Virus record (IMG/VR): IMGVR_UViG_3300045970_000794
Coordinates: 124,001 to 188,000 of that record
Direction: 5' to 3' (one strand)
DNA length: 64,000 nt
Position 1 is the stretch's first letter. Every line of letters starts with the position of its first letter. Positions 62,725 to 64,000 of this stretch are shown here, in pieces. The translations under genes were made by a program, and so were the position numbers. The notes beneath the pieces are model-generated. The model had not been told where the DNA came from. It was given only the letters and a program-made list of their open reading frames with translations, and searched no databases.

Positions 62725-63894
62725 ATGGCTGCAAGTGAAATTGAGAAAACACGCTTATTTAGACAAGTTAGACATCAACTAGGTGCTCCAATGCGTAAAA
62801 TTGAGTTACCAGACGAAAATTTAGTAACTTTATTGGAATTATCTATTGAAGATTACGCTGAATATGTACATAATTGGCTAATAGATAGTCAATGGTCATC
62901 ATTTATAGGTCAACCTATTGATACTTTAGATATGGCATTCGCATTAACAACTAGAACATTAGATTTTGAGACACAATTTACTTATGCTTACTCAAAACAA
63001 GTTGGTTTACAAGCTAGAGGTCCATGGGAACTCAAAAAAGATTATGTTGAGATAGAAGCTGGTAGACAAGTTTATGAAATTCCAGCTGGTCGTGAGGTAA
63101 ATCAAGTATTATGGTTAACCCCATCGGTAACTAATCGTGCATTATTTGCTAATTTTGGTGGTTTTGATAACGGTATTGGTGGTGGTTACGCTCAAACTGG
63201 TTTTGGAGTCGGTGGTGGTGGTACTGGTGCTGGTTCTGGTGGTATGGGTGGAAGAGGTGGATATTATATCGCACCAGCATTTGATGTTTTATTGACTGCG
63301 GCCGATATGAATCTTAAACATAGATTATTAAGAAGTGATTTAGTATATAAAATAACCGCTGGGCCTAATGGTACTAAGTTATTACATTTAATTAGCACAC
63401 CAGGTTCTAAAATGACATTCGGTATGGGTGGTCAAGGTGGAAGTATGGCTGGTTCTAGTTCTTTAGGTATTGCTGGATGTCACGTATGGTATCATTATTA
63501 CGATACTAATGGTGATGTTGATGCATGTAGAGCGGCTAATTTAGATATTATTACGATGCCGAATGAAGTACCATTAACTAGATTAGATTTTGATGTGTTA
63601 AATGAACCTACAAAAATATTAATTCGTCAAATATTAACAGCTAGAGCTAAAATAACCTTAGGAAGAACTAGGGGTAAGTTTGGTGGTGTTGTTGGTCCAC
63701 CAGAAGCTGAAAGAACTATGGATTGGGAAAGTTTATTAACTGAAGGTAATGAAGAATATGGTAAAATATTTGAAAGATTAGCTGCTAGGTTAGAGCAAAT
63801 GACTAATACTAAAATGTTAGAGCGAAAAGCTAATGAAGCTGAAAACTTAAATAAAACATTAGCTTATAGACCCTTAGGATTTTACGTTATTTAG
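62725..63894 (+). CDS. Neck/head-tail connector protein (T4 gp13-like); probable start ATG 62725
   Basis: RQVRHQLGAPMRKIEL, Gly-rich insert, KITLGRTRGKFGG and LLTEGNEE. Confidence 0.62.
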   Translation: MAASEIEKTRLFRQVRHQLGAPMRKIELPDENLVTLLELSIEDYAEYVHNWLIDSQWSSFIGQPIDTLDMAFALTTRTLDFETQFTYAYSKQVGLQARGPWELKKDYVEIEAGRQVYEIPAGREVNQVLWLTPSVTNRALFANFGGFDNGIGGGYAQTGFGVGGGGTGAGSGGMGGRGGYYIAPAFDVLLTAADMNLKHRLLRSDLVYKITAGPNGTKLLHLISTPGSKMTFGMGGQGGSMAGSSSLGIAGCHVWYHYYDTNGDVDACRAANLDIITMPNEVPLTRLDFDVLNEPTKILIRQILTARAKITLGRTRGKFGGVVGPPEAERTMDWESLLTEGNEEYGKIFERLAARLEQMTNTKMLERKANEAENLNKTLAYRPLGFYVI

Positions 63895-64000
63895 TAATTT
63901 TTTTTCTAATTTTTTAATTATATCTTCATTATACCTAATAATAATTAAAGGGATGCTATTAATATAACAGTATCTCTTTTTTATTTTATCTCTTTTTCTA
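63874..64000 (-). mobile_element. C-terminal fragment of another DUF559/PD-(D/E)xK-type endonuclease (partial)
   Basis: RKRDKIKKRYCYINSIPLIIIRYNEDIIKKL...* resembles the tail of 61712..62482 (DEIKRKYCNKNNITLVEIKYNENI). Confidence 0.5.

Noticed and set aside
1-64000. Stop-codon reassignment, as in Lak or some crAss-like phages
   Set aside because: Long genes are intact in the standard code. TAG ends the SSB at the expected DDLPF (18930) and ends 21191..21592, and TGA ends the tube gene (39358). The single in-frame TAA at 57514 lies in an already frameshifted pseudogene.
1-64000. tRNA or rRNA genes
   Set aside because: The intergenic gaps are short and AT-rich, and no cloverleaf with T-loop (GTTCRA) and acceptor-stem geometry was recognised by eye. 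tRNAscan-SE would confirm this.

Overview
A 64-kb, strongly AT-rich segment of a large T4-like (contractile-tailed, probably jumbo) phage genome. The host is probably Bacteroidota, inferred from TTTG-N20-TAnnTTTG promoters, A-rich leaders without Shine-Dalgarno motifs and SprB-type repeats. Almost all genes are on the minus strand. The window holds baseplate and virion genes (1-11.9 kb), a replication module (class II RNR, DnaB-like helicase, 5'-3' exonuclease, UvsX/RecA, SSB; 12.7-19.9 kb), baseplate hub, tube initiator, tape measure, tail chaperone, tube and sheath (22-46 kb), tail fibres (46-55 kb) and neck/tail-completion genes with a SNF2 helicase and a glutaredoxin (55-64 kb). Nine homing-endonuclease-like ORFs or remnants are interspersed. 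The most notable observation is that three endonuclease insertions sit inside the termini of essential neck genes and leave a duplicated, partly recoded gene start or end. The host gene stays intact, so this looks like intron-less homing with terminus replacement. Also notable are a candidate +1/-2 programmed frameshift at a T7 tract in the tail chaperone upstream of the tape measure gene, a recurrent ATATTTAT upstream motif (candidate late promoter) and an iteron-like array between inward-facing TTGACA hexamers. All product calls come from motif recognition by eye; no database searches were run.
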